64,000 nt of DNA. It comes from Camelus dromedarius (taxonomy: Eukaryota). Shown piece by piece: positions 25,216-36,262 of the stretch. Location: positions 121,148,001-121,212,000 of the forward strand of contig NC_087437.1 of NCBI RefSeq assembly GCF_036321535.1, in the 5' to 3' direction. Positions within the stretch are counted from its first letter, which is position 1, and each line of letters starts with the position of its first letter. Under the pieces are notes generated by a model. That model was not told the origin of the DNA, did not search any database, and saw nothing but the letters and a program-made list of their open reading frames with translations. A program made the position numbers and the translations under genes.

Positions 25216-25641
25216 GTGATGGGATGAACTGTGTCCCTCCAAAGCAGATATGCTGGAGTCTGACCTCCACAACCTCTGAATGTGATCTTACTTGGAAATG
25301 GGGTCTTTGTACATGCTAAAATGAGGACAGTGAGGTGGGCCCCAACCCAGAGGACACAGGACCGTGTCCTCATTACAAAAAAGGAAGCTGCAGACACAGA
25401 GCCATGCACATAGGGAAGACGGGAGAGGATGCAGGCGGGGATCAGGGTGGTGCCTGGAGCCAAGGACACCAGAGATGCCTGCAAACACAGGGAGCCGGGA
25501 GAGGGGATGGAGCGGATTCCCTGCCGCCCTTGGAAGGGACCAGCCTCCCACACCTTGGCCTCCAGACTGTGAGACCATGTGTTTGTGCGGTTGAAGCCGC
25601 CCAGTCTGGGTGCTTTGCATGATAGCCCAAAGAGGATGCTG
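25216..25641 (+). mobile_element. MaLR solo LTR (MLT1A/B-like)
   Basis: gaactgtgtccctccaaa…gaatgtgatcttacttggaaatggggtctttg…cctccagactgtgag…aagccgcccagtctgggtgctttg…atagccc. Confidence 0.75.
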
Positions 25642-27371
25642 CAGCCCCTCCCCAACTCTGGCCGTTGCAGAGGGTGGAGAGGCTAAGAAGAGGGTGCCTG
25701 TGGGTCAGGGACCCAGGCCCTGGGGTGCTGAGCCCTGGAGAACATGTCCTTGGAGAAAGCTGTCCTTGAGGGAGGGAGGTGGGGCCTTTACATCCTCTGC
25801 AGGCAAGGGAGGGGGCTCCCAGGGGGTCACCACGAGGGCAGCAGAGTCCCCTGCAGGGAGGACCACCAATGCCCCGGGCCGTGATGCCGAGAATCTGTGC
25901 TGGATGCTCGGGGAGGGGGCACAGGTGTGGGCCAAGGGGGATGCCGCCCGAGAGTCCCCGCGGCCCCAGTGTGGACCCAAGGGAGAGAGGGCAGGGTGGA
26001 CTCAGGCCAGGGGAGAGAGCCGGGAGCAGGACAGACCTGGGCAGGAAGACCATCAGCCTCCGAGTGACCGAGGAGGGAAGGTCTGGCTGGAGGGGCTCTT
26101 CCCCCGGCTGGGGGCACAGGGCAGGAAGAGCCCCGAGGGGGAGAATGGGCTCCGAGACCGGCAGCAGGGCCGGGGAGCCGGCTCCGCAGCCCCCGCGTGG
26201 CTCTCCTCCCTGCCCTTTGTGTCCCCACTTCCACCCACAACCCTGAAGGTCACCACACAGTTGAAGGATCACAGACAGAGTGTGGAAGTGGGGGGCTGTG
26301 CCACCGAGAAGCGGGCCGTCCTGTGGCTGCCGTAAAAGTGACCACGAACGTGGCTGAAGCAGCTCAAAAGTGTTGCCCCCCAGCCGTGGAGGCAGAATGG
26401 GAAGGGAGTCTCCTGGCCACAGCTGGGGTGTGAGAGGGCGGGCTCCCCCGGAGGCTCCAGGGCAGAGTGTGACCCCCGTCCTTTCAGCTTCTAGAGGCAC
26501 TGCATCCTCGGCTTGTGGCCTCGAGTCTTGCTTCCCCCTCCTGGGGCCTCCCCTTCTGTGGCCGTCTCCCCGCCCCCCATCAGTCCCACCTGGAGGACTC
26601 AGACCATCTCCCATCTCACGGCCCTCAATTTACTCCCGTCCGCAAAGTCGCTTTGCCGTGTAAGGGGACGTATCGCAGGTCCTGAGGACAGGACATGGCA
26701 TCCCTGGGGAACCACAGAAGTCCTCCCCGCCCCGCCAGGCTCTTTCCCACCCACGGGGAGGGGGAGGAGCCCTGCGTGTCTGCAGAGCATCCGGGTTTAA
26801 TTTAGTGGTGTGAGCGCCACCTATCAATGCTGCACAGAAGGACATTTTACACAAAAGGGGTAAGTTCAGGACCTTAATGCCCTCGGTCCACCCAGAGCAG
26901 GGTGAGGACTGGCCTCATAAGTTCAGGGGACAGAGTGGGGTCCCTTGCTGAGCGCTGGGAGTTCACCTTCGGCATGAGCTTGGTCACCCACACGGCCATC
27001 TGGTGACCTGACCTGCTCTGTAAAAGGAATTTTCTAGAATCCGGGGGAACCACCCCTGGAGGAAGCAGTTTAGGGAATGACGGGGGGGAGAGACACTGCT
27101 CTGCGAGCATCGCGCTCTGACGTTTACTAGACCTTTGGTGCAGGAGGCTGCCGAGCCTGGACGCCGCCCCAGCCGGCGTGGGCGCCGGGCAGGTGACCCC
27201 GCCGGGGACGAGGCCCTCGGCCTGGCCGGCTGGGATCGAGCAGCCTCGCTGCAACGCAGTCTCGTTGGGCACGGAAGGTGTGGAGAGGACGATGTCTGGG
27301 CCGCCCCCTGGGAATTCAGAGTTGGCTGCTTCTGACCCACACACGGGCAGGGGTCCTGGCAGGGCCTGGGC

Positions 27372-27631
27372 TCAGCAGCAGGAAGGGACACCACAGGGGA
27401 TGGGTCTGCAGACCAGGGCGGGGCAGGAGGGCGGGCAGCACCCGGAGGACTGGCGGGAGGGGGCCACACACACAGGGGCTTGCAGCTCACGGGCAGGCGT
27501 GTGGTCAGCTTGCAGCTCACAGGCACACACACGACAGGCCTGCTGCTCAGTGACACATAGCAAGTCTCCCGGCAGGGGCTGGGCGCACGGCAGGCCGGCC
27601 GGCAGCCCTCAGAGCAGCTAGTGTGGCACCT
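27372..27631 (-). pseudogene. KRTAP12: KRTAP12-family unprocessed pseudogene
   Basis: Start codon ATG>AGG (27631-27629, cacc-AGG-TGC-CAC-ACT). N-terminus CHTSCSEGCRPAC…PVSCK and C-terminus PVCVAPS.QSSGCCPPSCPALVCRP…SCC* are in different frames (1-bp deletion near 27475). TATAAA is degraded to CGTAAA (27705-27700). Confidence 0.88.
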
Positions 27632-29051
27632 GGTGAGGCGCTGAGGTGGGGTCAGGACTGAGTACAGGGCTGGTCTGGAGGCTCCTCCCCTGGGTGACAT
27701 TTACGCCCAGGCCATGGCATCCTGGCCACAAGGCATGCGAGTGCCCTCCTCCTGGCCGCCTGCTGTTTTTCCTCCTCGTCCCTCTCCACAGTCTCTTCCT
27801 GGAGTTCCCGGTGGAAGTGACCCAGTTCAGGAAGCTCCTTCTCAGCGGGAGGTACCCAGTGACACAGTGGTCCTGTGACTTCTGTAATTGGAGCCTGGGT
27901 TGGATAGGGAAGGGCCATCATGTGGGGACAGAAGTCTCACATCATATTCTCAGGGTCCTCCCCAGTTGTAAAGACCCTGTGTCTGTCCGCACAAGCACAG
28001 TGTCCCCCACTTTGATTTGGAAACTCAGTGATCCAGAAGGTTCTTCCACAGGGCTGGGCTCCTCACTGGGAGCTGCAGCCACACTACTGCCATGATCACA
28101 GCGACGGGGTTCCAGCTTCGAGCCGGGGCTGAGTTAAGTGTTTCACGTGGACCCCCTCGTAACTGATTGATGACCAGTCCTGCCACCGCCTGGGGGCGGC
28201 GGGAGCCCCGTGTGCACAGGCGGTCCCTCAGGGCGATTCAGAAGGAGCCCATGACGGGTGCACAGTCTCAGCGCTGAGACGGAGACACTTGAAGGTGTCA
28301 GCCCCCTGGGTCCCCAGTCCTCACATTGTGCTGCGTGCGCTGGGGCCCTGGGCGTGTGCTCTGAGATTCCTGCATCTGCCAATTGGAATTTTTTTTTAAA
28401 AAGTCAAATTTGGGAATTTTGTCTGCTATTTCTTCCCAGTTTTCTTATAGGTCAGTGTCATTCTCCTCTCCTCCCCGGGCAGAAATCACTCGCACGTTAG
28501 CCTCTCTGATGTTGTCTCACAGGCCTCCCCGTCTTTCTTAGCTCCTTGTCCCCCTTCTTCAGGTTGGATGATTTCCACTGACGTGTCCTCAGGTCCACCG
28601 AGCCTTCCCTCTATCAGCCCAGGGTGGTGACGCCTGCTCCTCGGTTCCCACGGTCGGAATCCTCCACCGGCCCCCGCACCCTGTCAGCCCGAGCTGTGGG
28701 ATTCCCCGCTGCCCCTGGAACTGCCCGTTTCTGCAGCCGTGTCCTCACAGCCCCCTGGCTGCCTCTGCCTGGAGCGCCGCCCCGACCCCTTCTCTGGACG
28801 CAGAGCCAGCTCAGCGCCACCTCCCCGCTGAGGCCCCCACACCACCCACCAGCTCCCCACTTCTCTCCATCTGCTGAGCCTGCTGTCCTTTCCGGGTCTC
28901 AGCCCCTCTGGAATCATCTCATGCATGAATGTTTCATGCACTCATTTGCTCACTGCCCTGGAAGGCTCAGGTGGCGGGGGCATCTCCCTCGCCAGCACGT
29001 AGTGTAATTTGTTGCATGAACGAATCAGCTCTTATACTGATTACTATGAAG

Positions 29052-29250
29052 CAGGAGCCGGCAAACTTTCTGTAAAGGGCAGAGAGCGAGACTCTCAGGC
29101 TCTGCGGTCACGCGGCCTCCCTCAGCACAGCTCAGCGTGGCCGGGGGAGCGGCCCCGGATGCTAAGCACGCAGGCAGGCTGTGCCCACGGAGCTCCGCTC
29201 CCACACAGGCAGCAGGCCAGCGCTGTCCCACAGGCTCCCGCTTCGGCGTT
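29052..29250. mobile_element. MER58A-like hAT-Charlie DNA transposon relic
   Basis: caggagccggcaaactttctgtaaagggc…ggctgtgcccac resembles the MER58 consensus as recalled. Confidence 0.65.
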
Positions 29251-29573
29251 GTCCTCTGCAAAAAACCCTCAAAATACAGTATTGCCTCAAAGTCTTCGCT
29301 GACATCACGAGACCTAAAGGAGTAAGAGGTTACGTCTCTGAGTCCATGCAAGGGTGTGCTGCGCACAGTGATGGCCGGAGGAACAGCACACACCCCACGT
29401 AAATTCAGACCAGAACATCCTGTTTACAGGAGGAGGAATTGGCCTCAAAGCCAAACTAATTTGTGGTGAAGAACAATACAGGAAAGCGCGTCCCAGGATA
29501 ATAAGATGTTGGCAACAACCTCGAGGAAGTCAGCAGGTGAGCTTCTGCGCTGCTGGGACGCCCACGGCCCGGG

Positions 29574-29579
29574 TATAAA
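29574..29579 (+). promoter_or_regulatory. TATA box of KRTAP12 gene D
   Basis: gggTATAAAgg, 75 bp before the ATG. Confidence 0.85.
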
Positions 29580-29648
29580 GGCCGCCCGGGCAGGGAGGCT
29601 GCAGACATCACCGCCCTCCTCCCGACGCCAGCCCAGCCCTAAGCCACC

Positions 29649-29969
29649 ATGTGCCACACCAGCTGCCCCTCCGGCTGCCCGGCTGCCTGCTACGTGCCCA
29701 GCTCCGGCCAGGCGTCCTGCTGCACGGCCAGGCCCTGCCAGGCGTCCTGCTATGTGCCCCTGACCTGTAAGCCAGCTGTGTGCGTGCCCGTGAGCTGCAA
29801 GCCCACCGTGGGTGTGGCCCCCTCCTGCCAGTCCTTTGTGCGTGTGCCCGTGAGCTACAAACAGGTTGTGTATGTGGCCCCCTCCTGCCAGTCCTCCGGG
29901 TGCTACCAGCCCCCCTGCCCCACCCTGGTCTGCAGACCCACCTCCTGTAGCACCCCCTCGTGCCTTTGA
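29649..29969 (+). CDS. KRTAP12: KRTAP12-family protein (gene D), 106 aa
   Basis: MCHTSCPSGC…VCVPVSCKP…APSCQSSGCYQPPCPTLVCRPTSC is a KRTAP12 signature. Kozak gccaccATG; AATAAA at 30225-30230. Confidence 0.93.
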   Translation: MCHTSCPSGCPAACYVPSSGQASCCTARPCQASCYVPLTCKPAVCVPVSCKPTVGVAPSCQSFVRVPVSYKQVVYVAPSCQSSGCYQPPCPTLVCRPTSCSTPSCL

Positions 29970-30293
29970 CCGTGAGCCTCCTCCCAGCTGCTCCCAGTGA
30001 AGACGGGGCCACACCTGTGCCCCTCCAGGCACGAGTCCTCGGTGGACCTCCAGTTTCTGCACGTGGCAGATGGAAAGCGTGCTCCACCAACCCCCTGACC
30101 TCCGCGGTGAGAATGTGGACGGATGACCTGGACCCTTCCGTGAACTTGTGCACCCCCGTCAGGAAGCCCTGGCTCCCGGGGTCCCTCTCGGTCTCCAGCA
30201 GGAAACCACACACCGTGTGTGACAAATAAACTCTGCTTTCTCAGTGCAGTGTGTCCCTCCATTTTATCTTCATGTATTTTGAAGTTTTCTTCT

Positions 30294-31823
30294 ATTATTT
30301 TTTCCCCACTAGAGAGCAGTTTATCATCTTTAGACTCAAGGAATTAAAGGCGTGGGTGCCGACTATGCCAGGCCCAGGGCTTTGCGGCTCCTGGGGGCAG
30401 GCCCAGCTGCAGCAACGTGCAGGGAAATGGCGGGGCAGCAGTTAGCAGATTTGGTCTTCAATGTGGGGGGAAGGAGCGATGATTTTGGGGGCTGGGGAGC
30501 AGCAGGAAGAAGAAAGTGGTCTGAGGAGGCGGTGGGGCCCAGAGGGGCAGAGTTGAAAGGATAGAGAAAGGAGGCCCCTCCCCGCGGTGCTGAGGAGAAG
30601 GCACTCAGCTCAGTCTCCTCCTGCCCCGCCCCCACCCCCACCCACGGAAGACGGGGGGGGGGGGGGGGAGGTCCTTGTCTCCTCCTCCTTTCAGGGGCCC
30701 AGAGGCTGTTTCCGGCTGAGCCTTTAAAAGATTCTGTCAAACTCATTTGTGCTGATCACGGTGGCGGTGGCACAGGAGGGAGCAGCCTGGAGGGTCCTCA
30801 GGAGGAAGCCTGTGAAGAGTCCCCTGGTGCCCGGCTCGGCCCGGGTCCCCCGCAGCAGCAGCCAGGGGGAGGCGGCGTGCGGGGGCATCGTTCTCACTGC
30901 CTCCACGGCTCCCCGCGTGACCTGGCCTTGAGTCTTCACCACATCGAAGGGTAGAGTCGGGGTGGCCACCACCATCCCTGAGATGCCGCCAGCCACAGAG
31001 CTGACGCCCACGGAGGTCTGGTCCTTTGGCCTGCGCCCGCTCAGCCAGCCCTTCACCAGCTCATGATTGAACCAGCACAGGGCTGAGAAGGGCACATCCC
31101 GAAGGGCAGTGGGACCCCAGCACAGCCACAGCGAGCGCCAGCCGCCCTGAGCCACAGCAGCTCGGACACCGGCGCCCAGCTCCCGGGACGCCAGATGCCG
31201 AGCCTGCAGCTTTGTCCGCACCAGCTCCAGGGGACTGGCCACAGTCACCGTGCCCAGGCGGGCCAGTGCACCGGCCACCATGGGTGCGCAGAGGTCTGAG
31301 GTCAGGGCTCGCCCACACAGGAAGGCCTTGAGCTGGCCATCGGCGGTGGAGCAGACGGCGGCCGCTGGCACAGTCACACCAGGGCGGCTGGGAGGCCGCT
31401 CCACAGGGTCCTGGTGCCCTCGTGTCCCACGGTCTTCACAGAGGCACCCGTGGTGCCAGCGAAGCGAGTGGGGTCCTGACACCCGGCGGCACAGCGGGCG
31501 CCACTCAGGCCCGGGACGGCGCTGAGCACAGGAGGCGCTTCCCCGCGGGCTGGGGGGAGCAGGGCAGTTTGGTGCCGGAGAGGCTCCAGAGTCCGGGGGG
31601 GGGGGGCAGTAGCTCACGGGCCCCCAAGGGGCCATGAAGAGGGAGGGCACCACCACAGCCCCAGCGCCCGAGGCCGCCATCTGTTGGAGGGGGCCGATGG
31701 CCCCGGCCCTGGTCACCGCCTTGCGGCCTGGGGTCTGGCTCCAGGCCGTTGCCCGCGCGGCGGGTGCTCGGGGGCCGGGCGGGCCCGCGGCGGCTCCGCG
31801 GCCAGCGTGGGGTCCGCGCCCGC
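30294..31823 (-). pseudogene. SLC25A39: Processed pseudogene (retrocopy) of mitochondrial carrier SLC25A39
   Basis: Intronless match to SLC25A39: PLQQMAASGAGAVV, QLKAFLCGRALTSDL.APMVAGALARLGTVTV.SPLEL, GWRSLWL.WGPTALRDVPFSAL, LPFDVVKTQ, AAPSCA..ISTNEF. Includes 5'/3'-UTR-like flanks, a degraded A tail and a 15-bp TSD (30279-30293 / 31824-31838, 1 mismatch). The start codon is lost, an out-of-frame segment is present, and there is a premature TAA at 30726-30724 before the native-position TGA (30693-30691). Confidence 0.92.
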
Positions 31824-31838
31824 TTGAAGTTTCCTTCT

Positions 31839-31975
31839 TTTTTTTTTTAAAGTTTTTTATTTGTTTGTTTTTTGGAAGGAGGAGGTAATTAGGTTTATTT
31901 ATTTGCTTGTTTTCTGTAATGGAGGCACTGGGGATTGTGCCCAGGACCTCCTGCATGCTAAGCGCGCGCTCTTCG
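31839..31975 (-). mobile_element. 5'-truncated tRNA-derived SINE abutting the retrocopy TSD
   Basis: Minus strand: agagcgcgcgcttagcatgcaggaggtcctgggcacaatccccagtgcctcc…aaataaataaacctaattacctcc…A tail. Confidence 0.88.
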
Positions 31976-32679
31976 AAGTTCTCTCCTTGGAGGTGCGAAC
32001 AAAGCACAGCGCAGCGGCCCCTCGCAGAGCCTCCTCCTGGCGGCCCGGCTGGGGTGGGGGGCCTTGGTGAGTGGAGGGTCAGGAAGGTGTGCCCCCATGT
32101 CCACCCCTCGAGGCTCATGCTGTGGGTGGGGGAGGACTTCCCTCCCTCTGAGTGGCGGACGGGAAACAGGCCTGGGTCCCACCTGGTCCCTAAAGGATGA
32201 CTACACAGGGAGGGCCAGAAACACCCACACAAACCCACCACACTTACAAAGGGGAGGCTGGATGTCCCAGGAGAAGAGGCAGGAAGTCTGAGAAAGCCTC
32301 ACCCTCCAAGCCCCAGGCACACAGGGCCTGCCAAGGCTGGCCCTGGACCAGGACCAGAGAGCCCTCCTGGCTCCCGACTCCAGCCCGGCCAGCGCAGCTG
32401 CCTGAACTGTGTCAGTCTCCACTGGGGAAAGGCAGATACGTGTAGAGGTCCCTTCTGTGTGCCAGGCAAGCAGGGCCAGCTGAAAACATAGGGCAGAGCA
32501 AAACACTGTGTCCCCCAGCCCTTGTCCTAAGCACAAGACACTGGCAGCGCCCTGGAATCTGAAGATACTGGTATCCTGAAAGTCCCAAACTGAGGCCAAC
32601 ACCTGAGCAGGTTGATTCAAACCTCCCTCCCACACATTGATGCCTTACAGAAGAGACACGGCCATTCCCAGGAGGAAAC

Positions 32680-34610
32680 ACTTTATGTCCATTGAAATGA
32701 ACACATGATATCTGAAATTCAACAAAACTTAGAAGACATACAAAAAAAGCGGGGTAGTGGTGGTGGTAATAAATCCACTGTCAAGAGAGAAAGCAATCAA
32801 CACAACTAGACTCCAAGTGACCCAGAGGTTGGAGCTGTCGGGCTGGAATTTTAAAATAACTATGACTAATATGTTAAAGGATTGCATGTAAAACATAGAC
32901 TACACATATGAACAGATGGGAATTGCAGCAGAGACATGGAAACCATGAGAGAGAGTCACATGGAGAGTGCAGAATCAAATACAACATCAAAGGCGAATTC
33001 CTTCAGTGTGCTCTTCAGCAGACATGACACAGCCAAGTGTGCAATCACTGAGTTTGAAGACAGGGAAATAGAGCCCTATTAAAACACAGAAAGTACGATG
33101 GGTGGGGGGAGAACAGAACACCAAGACTCCAGGGCAATATCAAGTTATCACTGATGCACATAATTAGAGTCCTCGAGAGAGAGTAAGGCTCAGAAATTAC
33201 TTATCTGTAGAAGGGATATTTGAAGAAATAATATGAGAAATTTTCTAAAAATGATGAAAGACATCAGACCATGAATTCAAACATATCAGAGTACTTAAGG
33301 TAGGATAAATGTCCCCCTCCCCATAAAATGAACTGGAAACACCATATTAAAACTGTGGCTGTCAAAAACCAAAAGTAAAGGGGAAATCTTGACAGCATCC
33401 ACACGGAAAAGACATGCTATATACAGAACAAAGATAGGAATTATATCAGAGTTCTGATTAGAAATTATACAATCCAAAAGACAGTGGAATGATATCTTTA
33501 AAACACTAAAAGAAAAATCTGTCAGTCCTATGAAGCAGAGTATCTTTCAAAAATGAAAGTCAAATAAGCACTTTTTCAGATAAACAAAAAACGAGAGTGA
33601 TTAACGGAAGATATTCACTACAAGAAATATTAAGAGAAAATCTTCAAGCCAAGGACTATGATAGCGTGGAGAAACCTGGATCTACACAAGGAAAAGAATG
33701 GTTCTAGAAGTGATTTTAAAGAGGAGATAAATACAAAAAGGATTACAAGATAACTGACACTTAGAGCAAATATAGTAACAGTTCTCAGCATACATAAAAG
33801 TAAAATATGACAATCACACAGAGGACAGGGAAGGGAAGCAGAAGTGCACTGCTGTGAAGTCCTGATGCTACAGATGACACGGCGTGAGACTAGTTGGAGG
33901 TAGACTGTGTTACATTAAAGCTGTGTGTTATAAACTCTAGATCTATCAGCTTCCAAAAGATCAACAAGTAATGAGCCAAAAGTAGAGATGAAATGGAGTA
34001 AATAAAAATATCAAACCTAAAAAGAAGGAAAAGAGAAAAAGGAACAGATGGTTCTTTAATATAACTAGCAAGATGGTATTGTTACATTTAAATATATTAA
34101 CAATTATATTAAATGCGAAATATCTAAACATCAAAATCAAAAGACAGATTTTCAAATTGGATAAAAAAACAAGAGCCAACTATGAGCTACCTATCAGAAA
34201 TCCCACTTTAATTATAAAAATATAGACAGGTTAAAAGTAAACAAATGGAAAAATATACCACACAAACACTAATCAGATGAAGTTGGAATGTCTATATTAA
34301 TATCAATAAAGTATATTTCAGAGCAAGACATATTACCAGGGATAAAGAGAGAGATGATATAATAATAAAGGGGCTGACTCACCAGGAAAACTTAACAATT
34401 CTAAATGTGTAAGCACCTAACAAAAGTTTCAAACACATAAAACAAACAAAATGATAGAACTAAAGGGAGAAACAGACAAATCCACAATTATCGCCTGACT
34501 TCAGCTTCTCAGCAATCAAACAAGTAGACAGAAAGTCAGTAAGGACAGAAGAGCCTGAATATGCTGTTAACCTGCTCGACCAGCTGATATTTACAGAATT
34601 CTCTTGCAAT
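32680..34610 (+). mobile_element. Old L1 fragment (ORF1 + ORF2 endonuclease)
   Basis: gggaaatcttgacagca…gacagtggaatgatatctttaaaacact (ORF1). agagccaactatgagctacctatcagaaatcccacttta and cttaacaattctaaatgtgtaagcacctaac (endonuclease). Confidence 0.8.
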
Positions 34611-35899
34611 TCTTACCTCCACCTGTGCGCGTGTCTGTAACTGACGTCTGCCGAGACAACGGCGCACGTGTGCTCGGCGGGGACGCCTGCGGCACGTGTG
34701 TCCCAGTTCCCAGCTCACATACATGTCCGCAAAGCCCAGAAGCGTGGGGACCAGGACGTGTGGGGGTCGGTGAGGTCCAGGTGGGTGCAGGGGGGGCGTG
34801 TTCTGCCCTGACTGAGCGAGCCAGGGTGTGAGGGCCCCAGCACCTCCTTGGAACATAGGAAGGGAGTGACGGCATTGCAGACACCAGGAGCCCCGTCCAC
34901 TCCTTGTGCCGTGGCCCCCCGACCGGCCAACCACTTACGCAGAGAATGATGAGTCAGGATGGGGGAGGATGGGGCGGCCCTGGTCCTTCTCCTGGGCAAG
35001 TGGGAGGCAGTGTGCACACTGAGACGTGAACAGCTGACTGGGCACATTTTGTGGGGCGTTTTCACTGTCCTGGTGGAACTTGCTCCCAAGAGTCCAGCAT
35101 CTTGGACATGGGGACCCTTTGGAATCCACATTGTGCCAGTGTCCCCCTCCAGATGTCCTCGTCAGCCGCCATCTGGCCTGCATCCCAGCTCATGACCTCT
35201 CTCAGACTCAGATGCCTCAACTCTACCAAGGGGAGTAAGAATTGCTTCCTCAGAGATGTGAAGGGAAGGTTTCTGGAAATCGTGGGTGGAGAAGACCACG
35301 CAGGGCCTGGTGCGAGGGGGCTGGCAGGGACACGCGGGGCTGAATTCCGTCACTCTCAGTGGTGACCTGCTGGTCTGCTCTCCCCAGGGGCTGTGGGGCC
35401 CTGGGCCCCAGTCATCCTGGTGGGACAGTCCTGTCGTGGGCCAGCTCCGGGTGGTCCCCGCGGGTGGGAGTCTGGGCGCATCACGCCGGTGCCCTCCCCT
35501 CCTTTCCAATAGCAGGACCCCACGCCAGCCGGCAGGACGCCCAAACATCCCCACAGGAAGAAGCCCCAGGTGGGGCCCCGGGCCGGGGGCTGCCATGCAC
35601 AGACACTGGGGCATGCGAGGGTGGGCGCCCACCCGGGACACTCAGGGACTCGGTGGACAAGGGCACAGGACTCTGACTCCCTGGGGACCATCTGTCCACC
35701 CCCTGCAGTAGGACCCAGTGTCCAGCCCAGCAGAGCCCAGCCTGGTGTGGGCTGCGGCCGCTCCCGGCTCAGGGGCTGTGCTTCGTGTGCGGGGTCTCCT
35801 TGTGGGACCGGCTTCACGGGGCCCCCAAAACAGGAAGAGGAAAGTGCAACCAGCGCCAGCAGCACACAGTGGACCTGTTGCCGGGACACAGGGCCCGGG

Positions 35900-35906
35900 T
35901 AATAAA
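35900..35906 (+). promoter_or_regulatory. Variant TATA box (TAATAAA) in a KRTAP12-type promoter
   Basis: cccgggTAATAAAggctgcccggg aligns with cccgggTATAAAggccgcccggg of genes D and F. Confidence 0.65.
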
Positions 35907-35953
35907 GGCTGCCCGGGAAAGGAGCTGCCAGACCCGCCCAGCCCTACACCACC

Positions 35954-36262
35954 ATGTGCTGGACCATCGGCCCCGAGGGCTGCCAGCCGGGCTGCGCTGG
36001 TCGCCCAGGCTGCGTCCCCATCTGCTGCCCTCCCCTGTGCTGTGGGGTGGCCACCCCCAACGAGGCCACGCTGTGCTGTCCTCTGGGCTCCATGACCACC
36101 TCCTGCCACCCAGGCTGCGACCCTCAGTCCCTGTGCAGCCCCGCCTGCAGCCCCGCCTGCTGCACATCCCTGAGCTGCCAGCCCGAGGCCTGTGAGGCGG
36201 CCTCCTGCCCCACCTGCGTCTGCCTGCCCTCCTTCCTCTGCGCCATCCTCCCCTGCTGCTGA
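35954..36262 (+). CDS. Divergent Cys-rich keratin-associated-protein-like gene (gene E), 102 aa, 24 Cys
   Basis: Intact ORF MCWTIGPEGCQPGC…AILPCC*. Kozak caccaccATG, KRTAP12-homologous promoter and 5' UTR, AATAAA at 36437-36442. Lacks the KRTAP10 and KRTAP12 repeat motifs. Confidence 0.75.
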   Translation: MCWTIGPEGCQPGCAGRPGCVPICCPPLCCGVATPNEATLCCPLGSMTTSCHPGCDPQSLCSPACSPACCTSLSCQPEACEAASCPTCVCLPSFLCAILPCC

